Assembly: GCA_033764955.1 (NCBI GenBank)
Contig: JANRIL010000038.1
Coordinates: 117,194-181,193, forward strand
Length of the DNA: 64,000 nucleotides
DNA from: Cyanobacteriota bacterium
GTDB taxonomy: Bacteria > Cyanobacteriota > Cyanobacteriia > Thermostichales > Thermostichaceae
Reading direction: 5' to 3'
The notes beneath the pieces are model-generated. The model made no database searches and was not told where the DNA came from. It saw only the letters and a list, made by a program, of their open reading frames with translations. The number at the start of each line of letters is the position of its first letter. Within the stretch, counting starts at the first letter, position 1. This document shows positions 49,153-59,085 of the stretch, piece after piece. The position numbers and the translations under genes are program-made.

Positions 49153-50847
49153 GTGTCCCAAGATCCCCTGGCTGCCCTCAGAGCGTATGATTCGCAGGTC
49201 ATTACTCGCTATTACCGTTGGCGGTGGTTCCCGGTTTGGGGACGTGCCTTGACGGTGCTATGGCAATTTTTGTGGTTTGGCTTGACCTTACTGGGGGATC
49301 GCCTGTGGGGAAAAGAGGCCGAAAAAACCCAACAGAGAGCCGTCCAACTGTGCCGCTTATTCATCTATCTGGGGCCTACTTTCATCAAAGTGGGGCAGGC
49401 TCTCTCTACCCGCCCTGACCTAGTACCCAAAGATTTTTTGGAAGAACTCACGAAGTTACAAGATCAGTTACCGAGTTATCCAACAGAACAAGCCTTTGCC
49501 AAGATTACCCAGGAATTAGGCCAGCCTGTGACAGAGTTATTTGCGGAGATCTCTCCCTCACCAGTGGCGGCGGCCAGCCTTGGTCAAGTTTATAAAGCTC
49601 GTCTCTTGGATCAAACCTGGGTTGCTGTTAAAGTACAACGCCCCAATCTAGAACGAATTCTTAGCCTCGATCTCTATCTACTACGCTGGGTTTCTACCTG
49701 GATTGGCAGTTGGTTACCTCTCAATTTGGGGGAATCATTAACACAGGTCGTCGATGAGTTTGGCAGTAAACTCTATGAAGAAATTGATTATCTTAACGAA
49801 GGGCGTAACTGTGAACGTTTTGCCGCCTATTTTCGAGAGGATCCCGATGTTTATGTGCCAAAAATCTACTGGGCTTACTCCAGTAAGCGGGTTCTCACTT
49901 TGGAATGGATTGATGGGATCAAGTTAACCGATACTGAGCAAATTCAAGCCGCTCGGCTAGAGATTCCCAAGCTGGTTAGAATTGGCGTCGTATCAGCCCT
50001 CAAGCAACTGTTAGAGTACGGCTTCTTTCATGCGGATCCCCATCCGGGCAACTTGTTTGCTTTGCGGGATGGACGAATGGCTTATATCGATTTTGGCATG
50101 ATGGATCAATTAACTCAGTCGATGAAAGAGAACTTAGTCGATGCTCTGGTTCATCTCGTAGATCGAGATTACGAGAATTTGATCCTTGATTTTATTAACC
50201 TTGGTTTTTTACAGCCAACTGTTGATGCCAAACCCATTTTGCCTGCTCTAGAAATTGTTTTGAATGATGTTTTAACTCAGGAAGTGGGAAATTTTAACTT
50301 CAAAACTGCCACTGATCAATTCTCCGACTTGATGTTTCAATATCCCTTTCGGGTGCCGCCAAATTTTGCCCTGGTTATTCGCTCGCTGATCACACAGGAG
50401 GGAGTAGCAATTAGTCTCTATCCCCAGTTCAAAATTGTTGCCATTGCTTATCCTTATGTTGCTAAGCGGTTGTTAACTGACGAATCTCCTAAGTTGCGAA
50501 AACGCCTGTTGGAGATCCTTTTCAAAGATGGCAAGTTTCGTTGGAATCGCCTAGAAAATCTGATTCAAATTGCCCGTGTGGACGGCGACTTTGATCTGGT
50601 TCCCACTGCTCAGATGGGGTTGCGCTATCTTTTGTCGGAAGAAGCTCAAGATCTACGGTATCGACTGGTGTTGGCATTGACGGAAGATGATCGCCTACAC
50701 CTTGATCAGGTGCAACGCCTCTGGGAATTAGTCAAACCCGAATTATCCGCTCAGCGACTTTGGCAGGTAGCTTGGGAAGGAGCGATGCAAGCCGTTTCGC
50801 AGCCACTAGCTCAGCTACAACAGACGAGATGGTCAGAAAGCAATTAA
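49153..50847 (+). CDS. ABC1/UbiB (AarF) family atypical kinase
   Basis: LGPTFIKVGQALSTRPD, AAASLGQVYKA, VAVKVQRP, GFFHADPHPGN, IDFGM. Confidence 0.93.
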   Translation: MSQDPLAALRAYDSQVITRYYRWRWFPVWGRALTVLWQFLWFGLTLLGDRLWGKEAEKTQQRAVQLCRLFIYLGPTFIKVGQALSTRPDLVPKDFLEELTKLQDQLPSYPTEQAFAKITQELGQPVTELFAEISPSPVAAASLGQVYKARLLDQTWVAVKVQRPNLERILSLDLYLLRWVSTWIGSWLPLNLGESLTQVVDEFGSKLYEEIDYLNEGRNCERFAAYFREDPDVYVPKIYWAYSSKRVLTLEWIDGIKLTDTEQIQAARLEIPKLVRIGVVSALKQLLEYGFFHADPHPGNLFALRDGRMAYIDFGMMDQLTQSMKENLVDALVHLVDRDYENLILDFINLGFLQPTVDAKPILPALEIVLNDVLTQEVGNFNFKTATDQFSDLMFQYPFRVPPNFALVIRSLITQEGVAISLYPQFKIVAIAYPYVAKRLLTDESPKLRKRLLEILFKDGKFRWNRLENLIQIARVDGDFDLVPTAQMGLRYLLSEEAQDLRYRLVLALTEDDRLHLDQVQRLWELVKPELSAQRLWQVAWEGAMQAVSQPLAQLQQTRWSESN

Positions 50848-50906
50848 ACTTAAACCCAAGCCTCACCTTGCCAACAAGCCGTGGACAATCGGTCAAGAGA
50901 TCCCGC

Positions 50907-51338
50907 TTATCCCTCAACGGAATCATCGATAAGGGAGTCACTAGGAGAGGTAGCAGGTTGAGCCAGGGATCCGACATACTCTGCTAAACAAGCTTGGAGT
51001 TGAGCAGGATTAAAGATGACAGGCAGAAAATGAATACTCTTGACTTCTCGAAAATAAAACAGGATGGGCAGAGCAGGAGTATAGAGTTGCCAATGGAGCC
51101 AATCGCTATAGGGAAAGCTACGAATTTGGGTAGATCCCCGATACACTTCCAAAGTTGTGGGGGCAAAGACCAACCGTAAGCTGGCGGTTTGGATCGTTAA
51201 AAAGAGTCCAAAAGCCATGATGCCCGCCCCTAGATAGCCAGAGATCCACAGCCAGGGCAGACCCAGACCGATAATCGCCATAGCCAAACGAAAATCTGGA
51301 TCTACCGTTGTGGAGGTTGCAGGGGGGGCTGAAGTCAT
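50907..51338 (-). CDS. DUF3119 family protein
   Basis: GLFLTIQT, FPYSDW..W, ILFYFREVKSIHFLPVIF. Confidence 0.85.
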   Translation of the reverse strand: MTSAPPATSTTVDPDFRLAMAIIGLGLPWLWISGYLGAGIMAFGLFLTIQTASLRLVFAPTTLEVYRGSTQIRSFPYSDWLHWQLYTPALPILFYFREVKSIHFLPVIFNPAQLQACLAEYVGSLAQPATSPSDSLIDDSVEG

Positions 51339-51417
51339 AAGCGAAAGGGATCCCTAAGCGAGGATGGGAAATTGGATGGTCATCAAGCCGCTATGCGGTC
51401 TCGTTCTATCCTAAACC

Positions 51418-52185
51418 CTAAAACCCATCACTTAGCGCCTGCCCTGGACCTTGAAATAAAATCCACGATAGAAAGAAGTTGCTCACAAAAATGCCCAATA
51501 GAGCCGTCACAACCGCATCGGTGGTGGATTTTCCTACCCCTTTTGCCCCTCCACTGGTGGATAGCCCCCAGCCGGAGCCAACCACGGCAATCAAGCTGCC
51601 AAAGGTAAGAGCTTTGATCATGCAGGCAATCAGATCCCAGCCACTTAAGAGGGTTTGGGCAGAATCAAGAAACTGGTTGGGGGCAATGCTATAGCTGGTA
51701 GCACAAATGATCATGCCACCTATCAAGCCCGTCAGGAGAGATAGCATCGTCAAAACAGGCAGCATCAGACCACAAGCCAAGACCCTGGGAATCACCAGAT
51801 AGTCCACGGGATCCGTGCGTAAGAGTTGTAGGGCGTCAATTTGCTCGGTGACTTTCATCGTGCCCAATTCGGCGGCAAAGGCCGAACCGATTCGCCCCGC
51901 CATGATCACGGCGGTTACTACGGGGGTGAGCTCACGGGAGAGGGCAATCGCCAAGACCCCCCCAATCAGGGAGGATGCCCCAAAATTGATAAACTCCCGC
52001 GCCACCTGAATGGTAAACACACCACTGATCACCACCGCTGTGAGCAAAACAATCAGCAAGGACTCCAAACCTACGGCGGACAGTTGATCAAACGTATTGC
52101 GGCGATGAATCCGCCCTCCCGCTAAATGCAGAAAAGTTTGTCCCCCCAACAAAAGGCTGGCTCCTAGCCGGTTGAACCACTCCAT
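51418..52185 (-). CDS. mlaE: MlaE/TGD1-family lipid ABC transporter permease
   Basis: RELTPV, AGRIGSAFAAELGTMKVTEQIDAL, GGAKGVGKSTT. Confidence 0.9.
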   Translation of the reverse strand: MEWFNRLGASLLLGGQTFLHLAGGRIHRRNTFDQLSAVGLESLLIVLLTAVVISGVFTIQVAREFINFGASSLIGGVLAIALSRELTPVVTAVIMAGRIGSAFAAELGTMKVTEQIDALQLLRTDPVDYLVIPRVLACGLMLPVLTMLSLLTGLIGGMIICATSYSIAPNQFLDSAQTLLSGWDLIACMIKALTFGSLIAVVGSGWGLSTSGGAKGVGKSTTDAVVTALLGIFVSNFFLSWILFQGPGQALSDGF

Positions 52186-52235
52186 CCTGTATCTCCCTAG
52201 CTGTGGTCTGAATCTAGCATCGATTTGGTTCGGCT

Positions 52236-53906
52236 CTAGGGGCTAAGGATCGGCATAGGATCGGCGGCAGAGGAGAGAGCATGACGCTTCAGGAGGAAAT
52301 ACTCCAGTCCTTCGCTGAGGGCGCGACAGGAGGCTTCGATAATGTTGGCGGAAACCCCTAAGGTAGACCAGCGGTGATGACCGTCGCTAAACTCGATCAA
52401 AACCCTGGTGCGGGCGGCGGTTCCGGCTCGGCTATCTAAAATCCTCACTTTATAGTCGGTCAGATGCACCTGTTCCACCTCTGGGTAAAAATCCAAAAGA
52501 GCTTTACGGAGAGCAGCATCTAAAGCAGCGACCGGCCCATTTCCCTCCGCCGCCGTCACCCGCATTTCTCCCTGCACCGCCAGCTTGATGGCGGCTAAGG
52601 ATGAAACCCCTGGGGTAAAGGGATCCCCATCTGGACGGCACCAGTCGGAGGGAGTAGTGGCGGCGACATGGAAGCTTAACCACTCAAAAACCGATGGCCG
52701 CCGCCCCAACCACCCCCGTACCAACAGTTCAAAACTGGCTTCGGCGGCCTCAAACTGATAGCCCTGCATTTCCAGGTGCTTGAGATCCTGCAAAATCTGC
52801 CGAAGGGCGGGATCCCCTTTGTCTAGGTGAATGCCAAAACTAGCCACCTTGTTGAGAATGTTGCTGATGCCGGCTTGTTCTGAGACGACGATCCGCCGCA
52901 CATTGCCCACTTGCTCTGGCGGCACATGCTCATAGGTGAGGGGATTTTTTTGTACCGCGCTGACATGGATACCGCCCTTGTGGGCGAAGGCGGAGAGACC
53001 CACAAAGGGGGCATGATCATCAGGAGCCAGATTCACCACTTCGCTGATGGCGCGGGCGGTTTCGGTGAGTAGCGGCAATTTTTCGGGAGGGAGGCAGTGG
53101 TAGCCCAACTTCAGTTGCAGGTTGGGAATTAAACTGCACAGGTTGGCGTTACCACAACGTTCGCCATAGCCATTGATCGTCCCCTGTACCATCCTCACCC
53201 CCACTTGGACGGCGGCTAGGGCATTGGCGACGGCGGTATCGGCATCATTGTGGGTGTGAATGCCCAGTTGGCATCCCCGCCAGTGGTGGGATTCCGCCAA
53301 GACAGCTTGGGTGATGTCGCTAATCTGTTGGGGGAGGGTGCCACCATTCGTATCACACAGCACCAGCCACTCCGCTCCCGCCTCAGCCGCCGCGATCAGG
53401 GTTTGTAGGGCATAGTCGGGGTTGCAACGGTAGGCATCAAACCAATGCTCCGCGTCATAAATGACCCGGCGATTTTGAGAAACCAGATACCCAACGGTAT
53501 CGCGGATCATCTCTAGGTTTTCCGCTAGGGTGGTTCCCAAGCTGTCGGTAACGTGCAGATCCCAAGACTTGCCAAACAGGGTGACGTAGCGGGTTCCGGC
53601 GGCCAAGATGGGTGGCAACATCGGATCCTGAGAGGCGCTGGTATGGGGACGACGGGTGGAGCAAAAGGCCACCACTTCAGCTTGGCTGAGGGGTTCTTCC
53701 TTAATCTGCCAAAAAAATTGCACATCCTTCGGATTCGCCCCCGGCCATCCCCCCTCAATCAAAGGGATCCCTAGCCGATCCAGCAATTTGGCGATTTGCA
53801 GCTTATCCTCGACCGATAAAGAGAGTCCCTCCCGCTGCGCGCCATCTCGGAGGGTGGTGTCGTAGATCAGCAAGGAGGGATTAGGCAAAGGGGCAGGCAA
53901 AGGCAT
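52236..53906 (-). CDS. cimA: Citramalate synthase
   Basis: YDTTLRDGAQREG, EGGWPGANPKD, GKSWDLHV, YDAEH, HTHND, GERCGNAN, AFAHKGG; start may be 53906 or 53948. Confidence 0.9.
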   Translation of the reverse strand: MPLPAPLPNPSLLIYDTTLRDGAQREGLSLSVEDKLQIAKLLDRLGIPLIEGGWPGANPKDVQFFWQIKEEPLSQAEVVAFCSTRRPHTSASQDPMLPPILAAGTRYVTLFGKSWDLHVTDSLGTTLAENLEMIRDTVGYLVSQNRRVIYDAEHWFDAYRCNPDYALQTLIAAAEAGAEWLVLCDTNGGTLPQQISDITQAVLAESHHWRGCQLGIHTHNDADTAVANALAAVQVGVRMVQGTINGYGERCGNANLCSLIPNLQLKLGYHCLPPEKLPLLTETARAISEVVNLAPDDHAPFVGLSAFAHKGGIHVSAVQKNPLTYEHVPPEQVGNVRRIVVSEQAGISNILNKVASFGIHLDKGDPALRQILQDLKHLEMQGYQFEAAEASFELLVRGWLGRRPSVFEWLSFHVAATTPSDWCRPDGDPFTPGVSSLAAIKLAVQGEMRVTAAEGNGPVAALDAALRKALLDFYPEVEQVHLTDYKVRILDSRAGTAARTRVLIEFSDGHHRWSTLGVSANIIEASCRALSEGLEYFLLKRHALSSAADPMPILSP

Positions 53907-53926
53907 AGCAAGCAAGGGTTTTGGAG

Positions 53927-53956
53927 AATGCACTAATTCATAATGCACTAATTCAT
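53927..53956. repeat. Perfect 15-bp tandem duplication AATGCACTAATTCAT x2
   Basis: 53927-53941 equals 53942-53956. Confidence 0.85.
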
Positions 53957-54171
53957 TAAGAGGGAAGGGATCCCTCTTTTCCCTGTCAACCCAGAAGCTT
54001 TATCGAAGGGAGCTTGGGCTAACAGATGTCCGGTTAGACTAGCGCATTGATCGTAGATCGAAATCTAAAAAAACTCTAGAAATTCTAGAGAGAATCGCCC
54101 ATGCCCCAAAAACTGCAACGTCAAAGACTTTAACGTCATTGATGCCTAAGAAATAAGCAAACCCATCAATA

Positions 54172-54381
54172 CTAAAACCACTGACGGGACGCGGACTTTT
54201 CTAGATCCGCTTGGGTTTGCTGCAAGAGTTGCAGGCGGCTATCTGAAGTAGAGGAATGATGGAATCCAGGGATCAAATGGCGAGCCTGCAAAGCCATATG
54301 GAGTTGGAGTTGAGTCACATAGTCAGCCACTTCGGCACCGACAGAATAAGATCCGAAAGCAGGAGCGGGTGAAGAATTCAT
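54172..54381 (-). CDS. Small hypothetical protein
   Basis: 69 aa; EVADYVTQLQLHMALQARHL...LLQQTQADLEK resembles conserved cyanobacterial small proteins. Confidence 0.6.
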   Translation of the reverse strand: MNSSPAPAFGSYSVGAEVADYVTQLQLHMALQARHLIPGFHHSSTSDSRLQLLQQTQADLEKSASRQWF

Positions 54382-54630
54382 AGGAAAAGCAGGAGATTGT
54401 GGTTAATAATTTGTCATGAAAATAAAGGGATCCCGGAAACAGGGATAGGCAGCCCATCCATGGGCAAAACATGGAGAAAGCTTAGGGACGTCGAGGAAGC
54501 AAACCGTAGCTAGAAAGCTATCATTCCTGGAACTTAAGCACTGATAGCTTATCACGGCATTTGCCGAAAACTGGCCTTACCAGACCCCATAATCAGTTAA
54601 GAATTGCTTCAAGTTTGGATGAATTCATGT

Positions 54631-55266
54631 ATGCGCCTACCCTTTTCTGCCGCTGCTACTCCGGCTCGCCCCAGCGACCACATCGGGGAAGTGATCGAGG
54701 CCAGTAGTACCGGTTATACGGCTCAGTGCTTTGAACCGCAGGATCTGACCTTCCCTTCTATGCCCGCCTTGGGCAGTTGGGTGAAGTCTTGGGACGAAGA
54801 AACAGGACATCGGATCTACGGCGTGACCTGTCATGCCGCCATCGCGCCCATCGATTCGGTGCATCATACTCGCGCCCTCGGTCTTAGCCCCCAGGAGTTG
54901 CGAGAACAACAGCCCCAGGTTTTTGCGATGCTGCGAACGGTTTTTCAAGTGGCGATTGTAGCCTTTGATACGGGGGATCGCCTCTATGGCTATTTGCCCC
55001 CCCGCCCGCCCCAAATTCATCAAGCGGTCTATCGCTGCCAAGCTCAAGAAATTCAAAGACTAAGCCAAGAGACGGAATTCTTGCGAACTCTGTTGCAGGT
55101 GACCGGGATCCCGGTGGATGAGCTGATGGGGGCTGTGATCCGCAACTGTTACAAAACCTTAAATTTTGATCGGGAGTGGTTAATCACAGTGGGGCGACGC
55201 TTGAGTGTTTTGCTCAAGGATGACTACGACCGCCTCAGTGCAATTATTCGCAAGATTGATGTGTAG
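54631..55266 (+). CDS. HAS-barrel domain protein
   Basis: HIGEVIEASST, PALGSWVK, ALGLS.QELREQQPQVF, LPPRPPQIH, LLKDDYDRL. Confidence 0.82.
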   Translation: MRLPFSAAATPARPSDHIGEVIEASSTGYTAQCFEPQDLTFPSMPALGSWVKSWDEETGHRIYGVTCHAAIAPIDSVHHTRALGLSPQELREQQPQVFAMLRTVFQVAIVAFDTGDRLYGYLPPRPPQIHQAVYRCQAQEIQRLSQETEFLRTLLQVTGIPVDELMGAVIRNCYKTLNFDREWLITVGRRLSVLLKDDYDRLSAIIRKIDV

Positions 55267-55408
55267 CCACCTCATACCGCTCTGAGCATTAGAGATGACT
55301 ATGGATCATGAGACTCTTCACCTTACGTACTTCAGACTCACTCATCCTGAGCGCCATTAATTCTGAACCCGCTCAAGCACTGAATTTGCTAGCTTCCTTG
55401 CTGGGGCA

Positions 55409-57952
55409 CTACAAGTTCAGGTTATTGGGACTATTGCCTATAAACAGGATTCCCTGAAAAACTCCATCACCCACCGAGGGGATCCCAGATGGAGAAAGAG
55501 AGCCACCACTATTGAAAATAGCCCCCCCATCTGAGGATGCTGTATTGTTCAAAAAACTACCGCCTACTATCTCCAGGCTGTCACTGCTACTATCAATGAA
55601 GATTCCTCCCCCTTCCCCTAAGTTTGCCTGATTGGAATCCACCCTTGAATTGCTGAGCATGACACTAGAGCCACCATTAATAAATAATCCACCTGCCATT
55701 GAGAAAGCGTCATTACTTTGAATTTCACTGTCGATAATGTTACCTGTGCTTGCAAATACCCCCACCCCCCCGACTCCACTGCCATCATCATTATCTGGAG
55801 CTGGAGTGCCAGTTCCGGAAGCATTGCCTGAGATTGTGGTTGAGGTGATAGAAAATGTTGCCACAGTTTCCAAACTAATTCCACCAAAAGCATCTCCTGC
55901 TTGGTTATTGCTGATTTCTGAGTTGGAGATGTTGAGGGAGCTACCATGAAAAGTGCCAGCTCCTGCATCGTCTGCGGCAATGTTGCCAGATATTGTTGTG
56001 GAATCAAGGCTGAGGGTACTGTCTATAGCAAATAGCGCACCCCCATCCGAACCAAAAGGATTAGCCCCATTGGTCAAGTTTCCCAAAAAAGTGGTGTTGC
56101 TGACAGTTAAAAATCCTCCATTCATTAAAACGGCTCCGCCGTCCCCTGTGGCTCTATTGTCAGCTAGTTCAGCCCCAATGAGAGTGAGAACTCCTCCTAC
56201 GCTTTGAATGGCTCCTCCACCAGTTTGGTCTTCGCCTGCCAGTCCGGTTGCCTGATTGCCGCTTAGGGATCCGCCAATGATGGTAAGGATCCCATCTGCA
56301 TTGTAAATTCCACCCCCAACAGGAGCCTCACTTTCCGTTACTACCACATTTTCCAAAGTCAGGGTTCCTGCATTGTTGAAGATAGCTCCCCCTTGTTGGG
56401 AGTCAAAACCTCTGGACAGCGTCAAGCCACTAAGAGTGAGAGAATTTCCTGGGGTGACTTCAAAAATACGAGAGCTAGTCTGTCCATCCAGAGTAATGAC
56501 ACTTGCTTCTGAGCCTGTAATGGTTACTTCATTCTCAATTGCAGGTAAGCTAGTTTCCAAAGAGATTGTGATGGGAAAAGCCACGAGTGATTCTGAAAAA
56601 GTAATATTGATGGGAGTTTCAGCACTGTTCGCATTAATAATAGCTTGCCTCAGGGATCCAGCTCCGCTGTTGTTGGCATTAGTGACTACAGTGAGGCTAG
56701 GAGCCAGGGATGGTGTGGGACTAGGGCTAGGACTGGGAGTCGGTTGAGGATCTGGGTTGGGCTGAGAATCAGGATCTGGATCAGACGGAGGGGAGGAAAC
56801 GGTAGCAGAAACATCGACCAGCAGATTTTCATCGAAGGTATTGCTCGTGATGTAATTATTCACCACTAGGCTGGATGTCCCTGCTGCCACGCGAATGCCA
56901 ATTCCTGATCCTGATCGGGAAGCAACAAATTCATTCTCCGCAATTCCTCGTTCCTGAACGCCTGCCAAAATGCGGATCCCGGCACTGCTAGAAAACTGAC
57001 CCACCCGAAAGCGACTCTGGCGAATCGTGGGGTTGGCGTCACTGCTTGCCAAGACAATCCCTGTCGTGGGACGGGTGACATTAGCTCTTGTTTCCGTCGC
57101 CAACCCCGAACCCCCATCATCTCCACCACCTGCTTCTTTGGCTCCATCCACCTCCACATTCTCCACTTTTCCTGCGGTGTCAGCCTCAAACTGGATCCCG
57201 ACTTGGTTGGCGGCTCCCACAATTCCCAACAGGCTATCCAAAATGTTGGGACTGCTGCCCGACTCTACCTTGATGCCAATGCTGCCGGGTTGTTGAGAGC
57301 TGTGGGTCAAATCAAGTCGTTGCAACGTAGCGTCAGTAGCCACCGATACACAGGCACTAGCAAAGCGTTGACAATCAATCACCAGATCCAACAACCCACT
57401 CAAAGCGGATCCCGATACATTGATTTGGGATTGTTCGGAAGCAACCGTCACCTTCGAGTTATTGACCTGCCCACCAGTCACCTTCAGTTGTCCGCCATTA
57501 TTCAAACTAACACTCAGGTCATTGATTTGTGTTTCGGATGGAACAATCAAATCCGCCAATCCAGTCAAAATCTCATACTGTTGAATGAATCCATTATTAG
57601 CTTGGACAGTGACTTTTCCCCCATTGGTGCCGTTACCCCCATCCAGGCTGAGGTTTGTGGTGAGTTGTTCACTTCCAGCGTTAACAATTTCAATCAAAAT
57701 ATTCAAGTTGGGGGTAGCATTTTGCTGACGATCTGCTTCGGCAACGGCATCTTGCAAAGTTTTGATAGGTCCATTCACCGGATCGACTAGGATGACACCG
57801 TTGGCAGGAGGAGCTTGAAAACCGGAAGAGGTCGTTTCACCGCCACAGCCAGTAAGAAACCATGCCAGGCAAACTACTCTCAAACTCGTGAGGATGCTCC
57901 TTCCGAACAAAGAGGTAAGCAAGCTACGAGATTTTCTATCTTGGATTCGCAT
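55409..57952 (-). CDS. Large surface lipoprotein with parallel beta-helix / polymorphic GGAI repeats
   Basis: Lipobox LTGC; Pro/Ser linker; VTNANNSGAGSLRQAI followed by repeated GGAI/GGGI...FxxN motifs. Confidence 0.8.
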   Translation of the reverse strand: MRIQDRKSRSLLTSLFGRSILTSLRVVCLAWFLTGCGGETTSSGFQAPPANGVILVDPVNGPIKTLQDAVAEADRQQNATPNLNILIEIVNAGSEQLTTNLSLDGGNGTNGGKVTVQANNGFIQQYEILTGLADLIVPSETQINDLSVSLNNGGQLKVTGGQVNNSKVTVASEQSQINVSGSALSGLLDLVIDCQRFASACVSVATDATLQRLDLTHSSQQPGSIGIKVESGSSPNILDSLLGIVGAANQVGIQFEADTAGKVENVEVDGAKEAGGGDDGGSGLATETRANVTRPTTGIVLASSDANPTIRQSRFRVGQFSSSAGIRILAGVQERGIAENEFVASRSGSGIGIRVAAGTSSLVVNNYITSNTFDENLLVDVSATVSSPPSDPDPDSQPNPDPQPTPSPSPSPTPSLAPSLTVVTNANNSGAGSLRQAIINANSAETPINITFSESLVAFPITISLETSLPAIENEVTITGSEASVITLDGQTSSRIFEVTPGNSLTLSGLTLSRGFDSQQGGAIFNNAGTLTLENVVVTESEAPVGGGIYNADGILTIIGGSLSGNQATGLAGEDQTGGGAIQSVGGVLTLIGAELADNRATGDGGAVLMNGGFLTVSNTTFLGNLTNGANPFGSDGGALFAIDSTLSLDSTTISGNIAADDAGAGTFHGSSLNISNSEISNNQAGDAFGGISLETVATFSITSTTISGNASGTGTPAPDNDDGSGVGGVGVFASTGNIIDSEIQSNDAFSMAGGLFINGGSSVMLSNSRVDSNQANLGEGGGIFIDSSSDSLEIVGGSFLNNTASSDGGAIFNSGGSLSPSGIPSVGDGVFQGILFIGNSPNNLNL

Positions 57953-58119
57953 CCCAACTCTCCAACACTCACACCATTAGAGAAGTCTATCCCAACCCAT
58001 TTAGTTTGGGTTGGCAATTATTTTTCGAAGCATATTTCAAATTATGACTGGAAATCATCGCGGTACGGGATCCCGCGAAAGGCTGTTACGATAGCGAAGC
58101 TATAAAATCGATTTGTCTC

Positions 58120-59019
58120 ATGCAACCACGGCGTATTGCCCGCGAACTGGCTTTGTTAGGGGTTAGCCAATTGCCTGCTAATCCCAGCAAGCTTAGCCAG
58201 CAAAGCCTCGAAGATCTATTGGTAGCGGCGGTGAGAGCCTTAGCCGAAGAAACTCAAGATGCCCTCAGCAGCGCAGGGGATGAAATTCGTCGCAGTAGTC
58301 GTTTGCTCCATCAAAGCGAGCAGATTCTTCCCAACCCATCAACACCAGCATCCGCCGCCGAGAACCCTCCCCTGCCGGATGGAGGGGATCCAGACCGTTC
58401 CGCCTCCCTGCGAGTTCAACAGATTCAACAACAGGTGCAAAGGGTTGAAAAAGCACTGCGCACTGCCCGCAACCATTCGGAGCTACAAAAAGAACTGACG
58501 GGATTAGCCAACCAAGCCAGTAGTTCCCTCTCCCATGCCACCCAATATCTTCAGCAATGGGAAGAGCGGCTGCACCAAGCCCGCCAGATAATGGAGCAGT
58601 CCATTGCCCTGGCGGAGGGATCCATCAATCGCCTGGGAGCGGCGTTGGGGATGCCGGAACTGTTGCAGTTAGCCCAGAGCCAAGAGGTGCGAAGTTATGC
58701 TTTGCAGTTATTGACCGCCTTTCAAAGGCATAAGGGAGAAATTGACCAAATTCTGCAAGATGCCCTCGTCGGCTGGCAATTGAATCGGGTGGGACGAGTG
58801 GATCGAGATATTTTGCGCCTAGCCGTGGTCGAGATGCAAACCCTAGCCAGTGTTCCCCCTCGCGTTGCCATCAATGAGGCGGTGGAGCTGGCAAAAAAAT
58901 ATGGGGATGATCAGTCTTCGTCGTTTATCAATGGGGTATTGCGGCGGGTAGTGGATGGCGCTCGGGCAGAAGTCAGTCAAACTCCTTCCGATCCCTCCGG
59001 TGAAAGTAGTGAAAGATAA
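58120..59019 (+). CDS. nusB: Transcription antitermination factor NusB (extended)
   Basis: PRRIARELAL; W...R...VDRDILRLA, VAINEAVELAKKYG, FINGVL. Confidence 0.93.
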   Translation: MQPRRIARELALLGVSQLPANPSKLSQQSLEDLLVAAVRALAEETQDALSSAGDEIRRSSRLLHQSEQILPNPSTPASAAENPPLPDGGDPDRSASLRVQQIQQQVQRVEKALRTARNHSELQKELTGLANQASSSLSHATQYLQQWEERLHQARQIMEQSIALAEGSINRLGAALGMPELLQLAQSQEVRSYALQLLTAFQRHKGEIDQILQDALVGWQLNRVGRVDRDILRLAVVEMQTLASVPPRVAINEAVELAKKYGDDQSSSFINGVLRRVVDGARAEVSQTPSDPSGESSER

Positions 59020-59085
59020 GGGATCCCTTTCTCTTTCTATGGGATCCCTATTTCTGGTCAGGACTCATCCCCTGACTGTGACCGA

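Noticed and set aside
55618..58105. Multiple overlapping ORFs within the beta-helix gene
   Set aside because: Shadow frames of a Gly/Ser/Asn-rich repetitive coding sequence
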